Assembly: GCA_964388035.1 (NCBI GenBank)
Contig: CAYLZE010000028.1
Span: 1-49,801, forward strand
Length of the DNA: 49,801 nucleotides
From: an uncultured archaeon
GTDB taxonomy: Archaea; Asgardarchaeota; Lokiarchaeia; Sigyniarchaeales; SOKP01
Direction: 5' to 3'
Both the position numbers and the translations under genes were made by a program. The notes under the pieces were generated by a model. It saw nothing but the letters and a program-made list of their open reading frames with translations, ran no database searches and had not been told where the DNA came from. Below, piece by piece: positions 1 to 8,502 of the stretch (position 1 is its first letter; every line of letters starts with the position of its first letter).

Positions 1-2409
1 AATTTGGGCACTCTCATCAATAAAGATAATAAGCATTACTTTCTCACCGAAGATGGCAAGCGCATTTTAAAAATTATGAATCTAAACAAGAGAATTCTCT
101 CTGGAGAAGAATTATCAGAATATTTAGATTCAAAGGGAAGTGAAATAAGCAGAGTTGGGGTGATTATTTGTAATTGCAATACGGAAATTTCAAAAGCCAT
201 TAATGTTGAGCTCTTAGAAAATTATGTTAGCAAACTAAAAAACGTTATTTCCGTGAAAGTCTTCAATAATCTCTGCCAACAAAAAAATTTTGAAAATATA
301 TCTCGTTGGGTAAAAGATAATTTTCTAAATAAAATTGTCATTGCAGCGTGTTCGCCTAAGACCCATCAAATTCTATTCGAGAGGATTTTCAAGGATGTCA
401 TCGATAAAGTCAATATTGAAATTGCAAATATACGGGAGCAATGTGCTTGGGTTCACTATTATAATGCAAAAAATCGCGATCCCATGAAAATTCTCGAGAA
501 GGCAAAACTCCTCATTGAGGCTGCAGTGGAAAGGGTAATATTACAGGAAAGCGTTAAAATAAAGCGGGTGGAAATAGAGAAAAGTTGTGCTATAATTGGA
601 GGGGGGATTGCTGGGATGATGGCTGCACTTAATTTATCTCGAGCAGGAATAAAAGTGTACCTTATTGAAAAATCTCCGACCTTAGGTGGGAAAGTTGCAC
701 GTTGGAATCGTATTTATGAGATGGGAGATTGTTCTATCTGTTTTATTTCAGAATTAATTGCGGAATTAGCTAAAGAAAAAAATATTAAAATTTTAACAAA
801 CACGACATTAGAAAACATCACGGGAGAAGTGGGAAATTTCACCATTAATCTCCTTCAAAAGCCACGCTACGTTGATGAGAAGAAATGTACCGGCTGTAAA
901 CAATGCATAAGCATATGCAGTATTGAAAAACCTGATCAATATGAATTTGGATTAGTTAATCGCAAAATAATTTACATTCCTTTTATTCATTCCTATCCGT
1001 ACGTTCCCCTAATAGATAATGAAGATATACAAAATTGTCTTAAGTGCAGGATTTGTGAACGAGCTTGTATTAATAAAGCGATAGATTTGGATCATACGGA
1101 AGAAAAAATCCAAATAAAGGTAGGAGCAAAAATAATTGCAATTGGAGCAGATTTTCCCTCGAATTTGAAGGAATATAACCATGATCCTCGCAATGATGTT
1201 ATTACTTCTCCCGAATTTGAACGAATTTTATCATCGGATGGGATAACTGAAGGGCAATTGATAAGATTATCTGATAATACTTCCCCCAAATCAATATCTA
1301 TTATTCAGGGAGTGGGAAGTAAAAATTGGTATTCATTGTATAATGATATTCTGGTTTTAAAATACTTAAATAGTATTTCGGGAAGACTTCCCAATGCGGA
1401 AATAAATGTTTTTTATGATTTAAATCGATTAGAAAATCAACATAATTTTTACTTGACTCCTATGGACTCGAGAATTCACTATGTTCATAACTTACAAATA
1501 GTGGAAAAAAATAAAGATAAATTCATCATTACGGATACGGAAGAATACCAAAGTGATTTAATTATTTTAAACCTGAACATGGTACCTAATAAAGATTTAC
1601 ATTCTCTGCGAAAAACTATGGACTTTACGTTGAATGATGATGGATTCATGAGTAAGGATACTTTAGCATCAGGAGTATATGGAATTGGAACAATTTTGGG
1701 CCCTTTAGATTATCAAAGTACCGTCAGCTCTGCTAATGAGGTTGCTCTTAAGGTGATATCATTATTATCTCAAGATTTTTTAGATGCAGAGTTCAGTGGT
1801 ATTGAAATTGATGAGACAAAATGTGGATTGTGCGGATTATGTTTAAATTCTTGTCCCTATAACGCCATTATTATGGATGGGGAAAAAATTAATATCGATA
1901 AGTTTAAATGCAAGGGTTGTGGAGTTTGTGTTTCAATATGCCCAACAAATGCCATTGAAATGAATATAGATACCAGTGCTAAAATTTTAACCTCCATTGA
2001 AATTTTTTCTAAACTGAAATCAAAACCCAAAATTATTGCTTTCTGCTGCAAATCATGCGGGTATGCCGCTGCAGATGATACTGGCTATAAAAAATTATGG
2101 TATACTCCTAATATTTTTGTTATAAGAGTTCCATGCACTGGAAGGGTTGATAGTAGGTTTATTTTAAAATCATTTGAGATGGGCTTTGATGGAGTAATGG
2201 TTATCGGCTGTAGAAGATCTGCGTGTAGGTTTATCGATGGTGTGGAAAAAATTGAGAAAAAAATTAAATTATTGAAAGAAATTTTAGGAGATAAATATAA
2301 AAATCGCATAATACTAAAACACATGAATGCTGTAGAAGGAAATAAATTTGCCAAAGCCATAAACGATTTTTACGAACAATTAACGGAGGAGATAAAATAT
2401 GAAGCCTAA
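1..2409 (+). CDS. hdrA: 5'-truncated HdrA-like flavoprotein fused to C-terminal MvhD, with a probable winged-helix tail at the N-terminus
   Basis: Frame is open from base 1. HdrA N-domain (VGVIICNC, CSPKTH, NIREQCAWVH), FAD motif GGGIAG, inserted ferredoxin (CTGCKQC...CLKCRICERAC), C-terminal 2x[4Fe-4S] (CGLCGLC, CKGCGVC) and MvhD motifs (FCCKSCGY, PCTGRV, GCRRSAC). Confidence 0.9.
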   Translation, partial: NLGTLINKDNKHYFLTEDGKRILKIMNLNKRILSGEELSEYLDSKGSEISRVGVIICNCNTEISKAINVELLENYVSKLKNVISVKVFNNLCQQKNFENISRWVKDNFLNKIVIAACSPKTHQILFERIFKDVIDKVNIEIANIREQCAWVHYYNAKNRDPMKILEKAKLLIEAAVERVILQESVKIKRVEIEKSCAIIGGGIAGMMAALNLSRAGIKVYLIEKSPTLGGKVARWNRIYEMGDCSICFISELIAELAKEKNIKILTNTTLENITGEVGNFTINLLQKPRYVDEKKCTGCKQCISICSIEKPDQYEFGLVNRKIIYIPFIHSYPYVPLIDNEDIQNCLKCRICERACINKAIDLDHTEEKIQIKVGAKIIAIGADFPSNLKEYNHDPRNDVITSPEFERILSSDGITEGQLIRLSDNTSPKSISIIQGVGSKNWYSLYNDILVLKYLNSISGRLPNAEINVFYDLNRLENQHNFYLTPMDSRIHYVHNLQIVEKNKDKFIITDTEEYQSDLIILNLNMVPNKDLHSLRKTMDFTLNDDGFMSKDTLASGVYGIGTILGPLDYQSTVSSANEVALKVISLLSQDFLDAEFSGIEIDETKCGLCGLCLNSCPYNAIIMDGEKINIDKFKCKGCGVCVSICPTNAIEMNIDTSAKILTSIEIFSKLKSKPKIIAFCCKSCGYAAADDTGYKKLWYTPNIFVIRVPCTGRVDSRFILKSFEMGFDGVMVIGCRRSACRFIDGVEKIEKKIKLLKEILGDKYKNRIILKHMNAVEGNKFAKAINDFYEQLTEEIKYEA

Positions 2410-3160
2410 ATTTCTCATTACATCCTTTACATCTTGTAGTGGATGTATTGTGGATATAATTTCCTCGGATATTTTTCCTGTATTCTTGGAAAGGGTAACT
2501 CTTACCCATTTTCCCTTCATTACAGATGATAATATTATTCAAGATTGTGACGTTGCTCTAATAGAAGGATGTATTTCTGAAGAAAACCAAATTGCAATGT
2601 TGAAAAGTATTCGCCACCATGCTAAAAAGGTCTATGCTCTAGGAACATGTGCGGCTTTTGGAGGAATATTGAGTTTATCTGAGGAGAAAAGGGCAGATCC
2701 CCTATCAGATTATATAGAAGTAAATGGAATTATACCTGGATGTCCTCCTCCTTCACAATTATTGGGAAACGTGTTAATTCGATTGATCGAAGGGAGAGAG
2801 CTTGAATTATCAAATAAAAACATGTGTGCAAATTGTCCCATAACAGAGAAAATCGACAAAAATAGTGCGACCAAAATTTTAAAATTTTATCCTGATTCCG
2901 ATGAGATTGAGCCAAAAGAAGAGACCACATGCTTTTTAAAAAGAGGTATTTTGTGCATGGGTCCAATTACTCGCGAAGGATGTGAATATGAATGCATTAA
3001 GCAAGGCATTCCCTGTGAAGGGTGCATGGGTCCCGTCTCTAAGGACTTTACTTCCAACATGGTTAATTTTTTGAGTATAATAGATATTTCAGAGAAATTA
3101 ATAAAAAATAATGCATTTTTCTACCGATTTTCAAAACCACGCTTATGGAGGGAAAAATAA
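2399..3160 (+). CDS. Group 3 [NiFe]-hydrogenase small subunit (MvhG/HydD-like)
   Basis: SCSGC, GTCAAFGG, PGCPP, and C-terminal CANC...CFL...CMGP...C...C...PCEGC. Overlaps the upstream gene by 11 nt. Confidence 0.9.
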   Translation: MKPKFLITSFTSCSGCIVDIISSDIFPVFLERVTLTHFPFITDDNIIQDCDVALIEGCISEENQIAMLKSIRHHAKKVYALGTCAAFGGILSLSEEKRADPLSDYIEVNGIIPGCPPPSQLLGNVLIRLIEGRELELSNKNMCANCPITEKIDKNSATKILKFYPDSDEIEPKEETTCFLKRGILCMGPITREGCEYECIKQGIPCEGCMGPVSKDFTSNMVNFLSIIDISEKLIKNNAFFYRFSKPRLWREK

Positions 3161-4465
3161 ATGATAAAAACTGTGGATGTATGCACGCGAGTAGAAGGTC
3201 ATGGGAGCATCAAGATCTATCTTAAACACGATTCTGTAGAACGGGCAATTTTTGAATTATCTGGATATCGCGGGTTTGAATCCATTCTTAAAGGAAAACA
3301 TCTATTTGACGTTCCCAGGATTATTTCGCGAATTTGTGGCGTATGCCATGCTGCCCAAACCATAGTAAGCTGTAAAACTATTGAAAACATGTATGAATTT
3401 GATTTGCCCCAACAATTCCTCCTCCTTCGCAAATTATTATTGACGGGAGAACTGCTTAAATCTCACGGGATGCACTTTATTTTTCAAGCCTTTCCGGATT
3501 TATTACACCTTTTAGGCATTCAAACCAAGATTTTAAGTCCTTATGATGTAATAAAGGAATATCCTAACCTAATTAGTAATTTTTTTGAGCTCGTGAATAT
3601 TGGAAATCAAATTGATAAAATTTTTGGAGGACGAGCCATCCACTTAATCACTCCGATTCCCTGCGGGGTTATTTACACCCCCTCTAATAAGAAAATAAAA
3701 TTAGCTCAAAAATATTTTGAAAGTGCACTTAATAATGTGGAATGGATTTTTCAAAAAATGGTGGAATTATTTTCTGATAAAACCCCTCCCGAAGCCTTTA
3801 ATCTTCCCAAAACGACTATGATGGCATTGCACGATCATGGCACTTATAATCGTTATGATGGTCTCATTAGAATAAAAAATCTTGATGATAAAGTGATTGA
3901 TTTTTTATCCAATAATTATACTTCTTATTTTAGTAAAAGTACTGATTTTAGGGGTATTGATTTTTATTCTATTGAAGATAATACCGTGCTGGTTGGACCA
4001 CTTGCAAGACATCATCTTGTAGAAACATATGGAAAGGATGAATACACAAATTATTTCGAATATTTTAATGATGCATGGAAGAATAACTTGCTTTTTGGCA
4101 ACTTCATACGACTCATGGAAATGTATGTCGAAATAATACATTCTCTTTCTGCTCTCCAAAATCCTGAACTAAATGAGGAAATTCCTCTTACTAAATTAAC
4201 GTCTTTGAAATCAAACGAAGGAATGGGTGCGCTCGAGGCCCCGAGAGGGTTATTGATGCACCATTATAAAATAAATGATGCCCGGATTATCACGGAAGCC
4301 AAATTATTCATTGCAACGGAATTAAACCTTCCACTAATTGATAAAATGATAACTAACCAGAGCAAATTACTATATGAACAGAAAGGTGATCTAAACCTTA
4401 TCAAGAAGGAAGCACAGAAAATGATAAGATCCTTCGATCCTTGTATTTCCTGTGCAACACATTAA
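3161..4465 (+). CDS. Group 3 [NiFe]-hydrogenase large subunit (MvhA/HydA-like)
   Basis: RVEGHG, RGFE, L1 RICGVC, GGRAIH, EAPRG, L2 DPCISCATH followed by the stop codon. Confidence 0.93.
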   Translation: MIKTVDVCTRVEGHGSIKIYLKHDSVERAIFELSGYRGFESILKGKHLFDVPRIISRICGVCHAAQTIVSCKTIENMYEFDLPQQFLLLRKLLLTGELLKSHGMHFIFQAFPDLLHLLGIQTKILSPYDVIKEYPNLISNFFELVNIGNQIDKIFGGRAIHLITPIPCGVIYTPSNKKIKLAQKYFESALNNVEWIFQKMVELFSDKTPPEAFNLPKTTMMALHDHGTYNRYDGLIRIKNLDDKVIDFLSNNYTSYFSKSTDFRGIDFYSIEDNTVLVGPLARHHLVETYGKDEYTNYFEYFNDAWKNNLLFGNFIRLMEMYVEIIHSLSALQNPELNEEIPLTKLTSLKSNEGMGALEAPRGLLMHHYKINDARIITEAKLFIATELNLPLIDKMITNQSKLLYEQKGDLNLIKKEAQKMIRSFDPCISCATH

Positions 4466-4718
4466 CCTTCCTTTATCTTGAAGAAATTCTATTTTTTTTA
4501 ATATTTCATCCTATTTTTTCTTAATACATTAAAAAGGAGAAAATGCAATTTCATGAGATAAAATCTTCAACTTACAATTTCATTGATCATTAAAGATTCA
4601 TAATAATGAAAAACAAATAACAATCCTACCTTTCAAGAACTAAGAATAAAATTAATTTTAAATGAATAGATAAAATAAGTATCAGAGAACCATATACCAT
4701 ATAATGTGGTGAAAAAAT

Positions 4719-5792
4719 ATTTTAAAAGAACACCAATCTTCAGTATATTTAACTGAAATAAGGAAACCTATCGAGGAAACGAGTGAAGAAATTAAAAATA
4801 CTTTTTACCATGACAGAGTTATTTTTAAGAGCTTTCTGAGACAAGGGAATAAAAAAGTAATTATTAAACCAAATATCTTACCAACAGAATATAAAAATGA
4901 AGGATTGGCATGCACTAATTCGAAATTATGTGCGTGTTTAGCTAAATTTTTGAAAGAAATCGGATTTGAAGAGATAATCTTAGCAGAAGGATCCACCCAT
5001 TGCTCTAATGGAAATCCTGATTCTATTCAAGCGATGAAAAATAATGGTTTTTCTAATTATGAAGGACTTTGGAGCCAGATCGATTGCAATAAAGACAATG
5101 CTGGCAAATGGTTTGAAATTTTTTCACCAGGAGATCAAGATTGTGAAAATAAGAATCCTTTTGACATTGAATTGGGTATTTCTGAGATCGCGACAAGATA
5201 TCCAATCATATCCGTGGCTAAATATAAATCCCACGATGTGTTGGGATTAACTCTTTCAGTCAAAAACCTGATGGGATGTTTATGTAAAGCAAGAAGGATA
5301 TCAACGGGAGAGATTATCGAGGAAGGTGCTCGAGTAAAATCTTACATGCATGGATTTGGACCACGTAATCCTAGCATGCTTACCGAAACAGAAAACCTCA
5401 CGATCTCTAAGACAGCTCTGGCGATAAATATAAATAGAATGGCAAAGATATTTTTGCCTCATTTCTCAGTTCTTGATGCTGCTCCAGCAATGGAAGGGAA
5501 TGGACCTTTACGTGGAAATCCAAATAATTTAAATTTAATTATAAGTTCAAGAGATTCTGTAGCACTAGATTCTGTAGGTTGTGCTCTCATTAACCTCGAT
5601 CTTAATGATGTTCCGCACATTAAGAACCTTGAAAGATTAGGATTAGGAGTTGCTACCCTAAGTAAGATTAAAATAATTAATAAAACGCTATTTCTTAATA
5701 TCCAAAAAGTAGCTAAATTTAAATTCCATCAACGGTTTGAATATGCAAGATTCAGTGTTAATGAAATTAGCTTGCTGGAAAAATATACCTGA
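4719..5792 (+). CDS. DUF362 family protein (probable Fe-S associated); start probably upstream of the ORF-track start at 4905
   Basis: In-frame KVIIKPN upstream of 4905, plus AEGS, KYKSH..LGLTLSVKNLMG, MEGNGP..G and DSVALD. Frame is open back to 4713. Confidence 0.75.
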   Translation: MLKEHQSSVYLTEIRKPIEETSEEIKNTFYHDRVIFKSFLRQGNKKVIIKPNILPTEYKNEGLACTNSKLCACLAKFLKEIGFEEIILAEGSTHCSNGNPDSIQAMKNNGFSNYEGLWSQIDCNKDNAGKWFEIFSPGDQDCENKNPFDIELGISEIATRYPIISVAKYKSHDVLGLTLSVKNLMGCLCKARRISTGEIIEEGARVKSYMHGFGPRNPSMLTETENLTISKTALAININRMAKIFLPHFSVLDAAPAMEGNGPLRGNPNNLNLIISSRDSVALDSVGCALINLDLNDVPHIKNLERLGLGVATLSKIKIINKTLFLNIQKVAKFKFHQRFEYARFSVNEISLLEKYT

Positions 5793-5803
5793 GGTGCGAT
5801 TAA

Positions 5804-6868
5804 ATTTCATATTATCTCATCACGATAGCATTCGGAATTTTTGGTATTTTCATGATTTATTTTTTGTATAGTACCTGGAATTTACCGAGTAAAACGAAAT
5901 ATAAAAAGATTAATGAGATTATATATATTATTATCACTCTAGGTTTTGGAATCTTATATCCCTTCTTGCTTTTATACTTTGCCGATAATCATCCCGGTAT
6001 CTTTTTGCCGACAGCAATCGAAGAATTTACTCTGATAGGGAATGTTTTCATTTTTGGATTGTTCGTAATGATCATTCTCGCAGGAATTCTAAATAAATTA
6101 AGACATGGTAAGAGCCAGAGGACTCCAAACTATCCGGATTATGAAAGTTTTAAAAAACAATTCTTAAAGGAATATGAAGTTAAAAACACGACGAGAAGAA
6201 AGTATCCCCATATTCTTCCGGCCTTTGTTGTTATTTTTATCATTCTTCTTTGTTATCTAATGAAAGGGATTTTAATGGATGCATGGAGTGATTATGCTTT
6301 TTTTATTATCATTGTAATTGGAATTGATTTTGCTTTTATGTTTATACTTGAAGATTTGATTCGACTTTTAGCATTCGATTACATGCCGCATTTTGTCATC
6401 AATCTTTGTAAAGCAGGATTATATTCGGATGAATTAGATACATTTTCAAGCACATTTGTCATGATATTTAGTTTTGGGCCTTTTATTGTTTTAAGTTTCC
6501 CGATCTTCTTTATAATATTATTAATAAGTTCAATCGCCGATGCCATGTCTTCAGTAGTAGGCATGCATTTTTACAATAAACGGCATTATTTTCCAAAAAA
6601 TTCACATAAAACCATCGAGGGTTATCTTGCCGGTGCTGGTTTCAGTTTTATTTGTTCAATTTTTGGTGCTGTTTTTTCTAATATAATGGGATTTTCGGAA
6701 TGGTCATTTTCTTTAATAATTCTAATAGCAATAATCGCTTCAATAATTTTTTTAGGTATTGATTTACTCACAAGCCGAATTAAATTACAAGATAACTTTC
6801 TAAATCCAATTTGTATTGGAATTGGAATCATTACATTCCTTTCTCTACTAAACATCCCTCTTTTTTAA
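5804..6868 (+). CDS. CTP-dependent polyprenol/phytol/diacylglycerol kinase-like membrane protein (cytidylyltransferase superfamily); first ATG at 5852
   Basis: Multi-TM protein with RRKYPH, ADAMSSVVG, HKTIEGYLAG and DN motifs typical of the dolichol/phytol kinase and DGK1 family. Confidence 0.7.
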   Translation: MSYYLITIAFGIFGIFMIYFLYSTWNLPSKTKYKKINEIIYIIITLGFGILYPFLLLYFADNHPGIFLPTAIEEFTLIGNVFIFGLFVMIILAGILNKLRHGKSQRTPNYPDYESFKKQFLKEYEVKNTTRRKYPHILPAFVVIFIILLCYLMKGILMDAWSDYAFFIIIVIGIDFAFMFILEDLIRLLAFDYMPHFVINLCKAGLYSDELDTFSSTFVMIFSFGPFIVLSFPIFFIILLISSIADAMSSVVGMHFYNKRHYFPKNSHKTIEGYLAGAGFSFICSIFGAVFSNIMGFSEWSFSLIILIAIIASIIFLGIDLLTSRIKLQDNFLNPICIGIGIITFLSLLNIPLF

Positions 6869-6903
6869 ATAAAGGGAATAGCTATTTTTTCATAAAAATT
6901 CGA

Positions 6904-7272
6904 TTAAAGTTGAAATTGGCGGTTTCGGAGGGTAGAAATCAATTCTCCTCTGGATAATAATTGAATCCCTACTTGTCTACTATAATCACGGGAAAAGTCA
7001 GATATAAGATTACAAATCAATACTCCTCCGCTCATTTCCGTGTCCAAACAAGCTTTATGCAATTGTCTAAGTTGGGTAATTGAAATTTCCCGCCTCCAGT
7101 CTCTGATAAACACCCCAAATTTATCCAAATTTTCATTTTTTATAATGGCATCAAATATCCATAATTTATTGGATCCCTTAATTTTGTGCGGTCCTTTGAG
7201 ATAACTATATTTTTGAGAGAAAATTAATTCCGTTAATTCATTCAAGTTCATATCAGTTAACTTCATGATCAT
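6904..7272 (-). CDS. Mrr-like restriction endonuclease-fold protein, stand-alone and probably inactive
   Basis: FDAII...GVFIRDWRREISITQLRQL...GGVLICN...GIQLLSRGEL follows the Mrr_cat pattern, but the (D/E/Q)xK motif is not retained. Confidence 0.6.
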   Translation of the reverse strand: MIMKLTDMNLNELTELIFSQKYSYLKGPHKIKGSNKLWIFDAIIKNENLDKFGVFIRDWRREISITQLRQLHKACLDTEMSGGVLICNLISDFSRDYSRQVGIQLLSRGELISTLRNRQFQL

Positions 7273-7439
7273 TTAACCTATTTTTCATGTTATTATATAA
7301 TATACAAATACTATTTAAACATATACCTATATGTTCTTTAATAATAAGTAATATGCAGAGGATATTATTTATTGTTTATTGCACCCTTTCAAACGTTAGG
7401 GTAAAAGGACTCTCCTCCGACAAAAAGAATTCTAATTTT

Positions 7440-8297
7440 TTAAGAAGAATTCTCTTTACTTTTTATGAACTCAAATAATTTATAAAAAGGATATTCTCCT
7501 GATGGGTCCGCTCCTTCTTCTAACATGAAGTCATAAAGATATTGCATTAAAAGGGAGATGATTACTTCAGAGATTTCCTCACAAATTGCCTTACATTCCA
7601 TGAAATTTTCGTTTAATATTGCACAATTGGGAGAAAACTTTTTACAAATTTTTTTTAATTGTAATGTATAGCCTTCTGCTTCGAGCAATTCCAAGCAAGA
7701 CCACGTGTCTTTAAATCCTGCTAACCGGTTTGGAGAAATATTTTTTAATTTAGTTTTCAAATTTTCTAACACAACTCTGGACTCCGCTTTATCGTGATTT
7801 CCTATTCGTTGCCTAATATTTTTAAGTTCTATTTGGGCTTCTTCCTTACTAACCTTTATATATTCTTTGAGTAATTTTTCAGCTCCTTGAGTTTTTTCGG
7901 GATGAATTATTTTCCATCCCCCGATTTTCTTACAAGATTTATTTATTTGAGAAGAGCTAGTAAAACCTGTCGGATATATCCAACAATGAGGCGGTTTTAT
8001 TCCTGAAAAATGGATAGAACATCCATTTATTTCCTTTTTAAATAAAAAGCATTTTCCCGTTTTTTCATCAAATCTTAATTTAAAACTAAAAGTATCTGTT
8101 CGCAAGAAATCCTCTTGTGTTGCTAAATTATTTGTGATATATGCAAGTGCTAGGGCTTTAGGAATTCCAATTTCAATTGAGCAGCATTCTCCACTACAAA
8201 TTGAGGGATTAGTGCAATCTGGTCCTTCAATACCATCCCGCATCAAATTGTTAAATTCTTTAACTATATCTAGAATTCTTTTTTCTTGTTCTGTCAC
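7440..8297 (-). CDS. YkgJ/FliB-like CxxCxxCC zinc- or iron-chelating protein
   Basis: C-x5-C-x3-CC, CFLF...GCSIH...KPPHCWIYP. Confidence 0.7.
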   Translation of the reverse strand: MTEQEKRILDIVKEFNNLMRDGIEGPDCTNPSICSGECCSIEIGIPKALALAYITNNLATQEDFLRTDTFSFKLRFDEKTGKCFLFKKEINGCSIHFSGIKPPHCWIYPTGFTSSSQINKSCKKIGGWKIIHPEKTQGAEKLLKEYIKVSKEEAQIELKNIRQRIGNHDKAESRVVLENLKTKLKNISPNRLAGFKDTWSCLELLEAEGYTLQLKKICKKFSPNCAILNENFMECKAICEEISEVIISLLMQYLYDFMLEEGADPSGEYPFYKLFEFIKSKENSS

Positions 8298-8502
8298 GGT
8301 GAAAAATATATTTTAATTTATGTGCAAAAATATATAGTAGTATTACTTTTAAAACTTAAAATTATATTAGTGTTTGAATTTTTTTTGTAAAAAAAAATTT
8401 ATATGTGTGAATTTATATTACAATTTCAGATTTTATTGTAAAAAAAAATATTGTGTTAATTTAATTTAACGCAACTTTAATAAAAATTAGGGTACAAAAA
8501 CA

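Noticed and set aside
4704-4712. ATG-TGG-TGA in frame with the DUF362 gene as possible selenocysteine read-through
   Set aside because: The TGA is not at a Cys-equivalent position, it doubles as the GGTGA ribosome-binding motif, and I recognised no SECIS.
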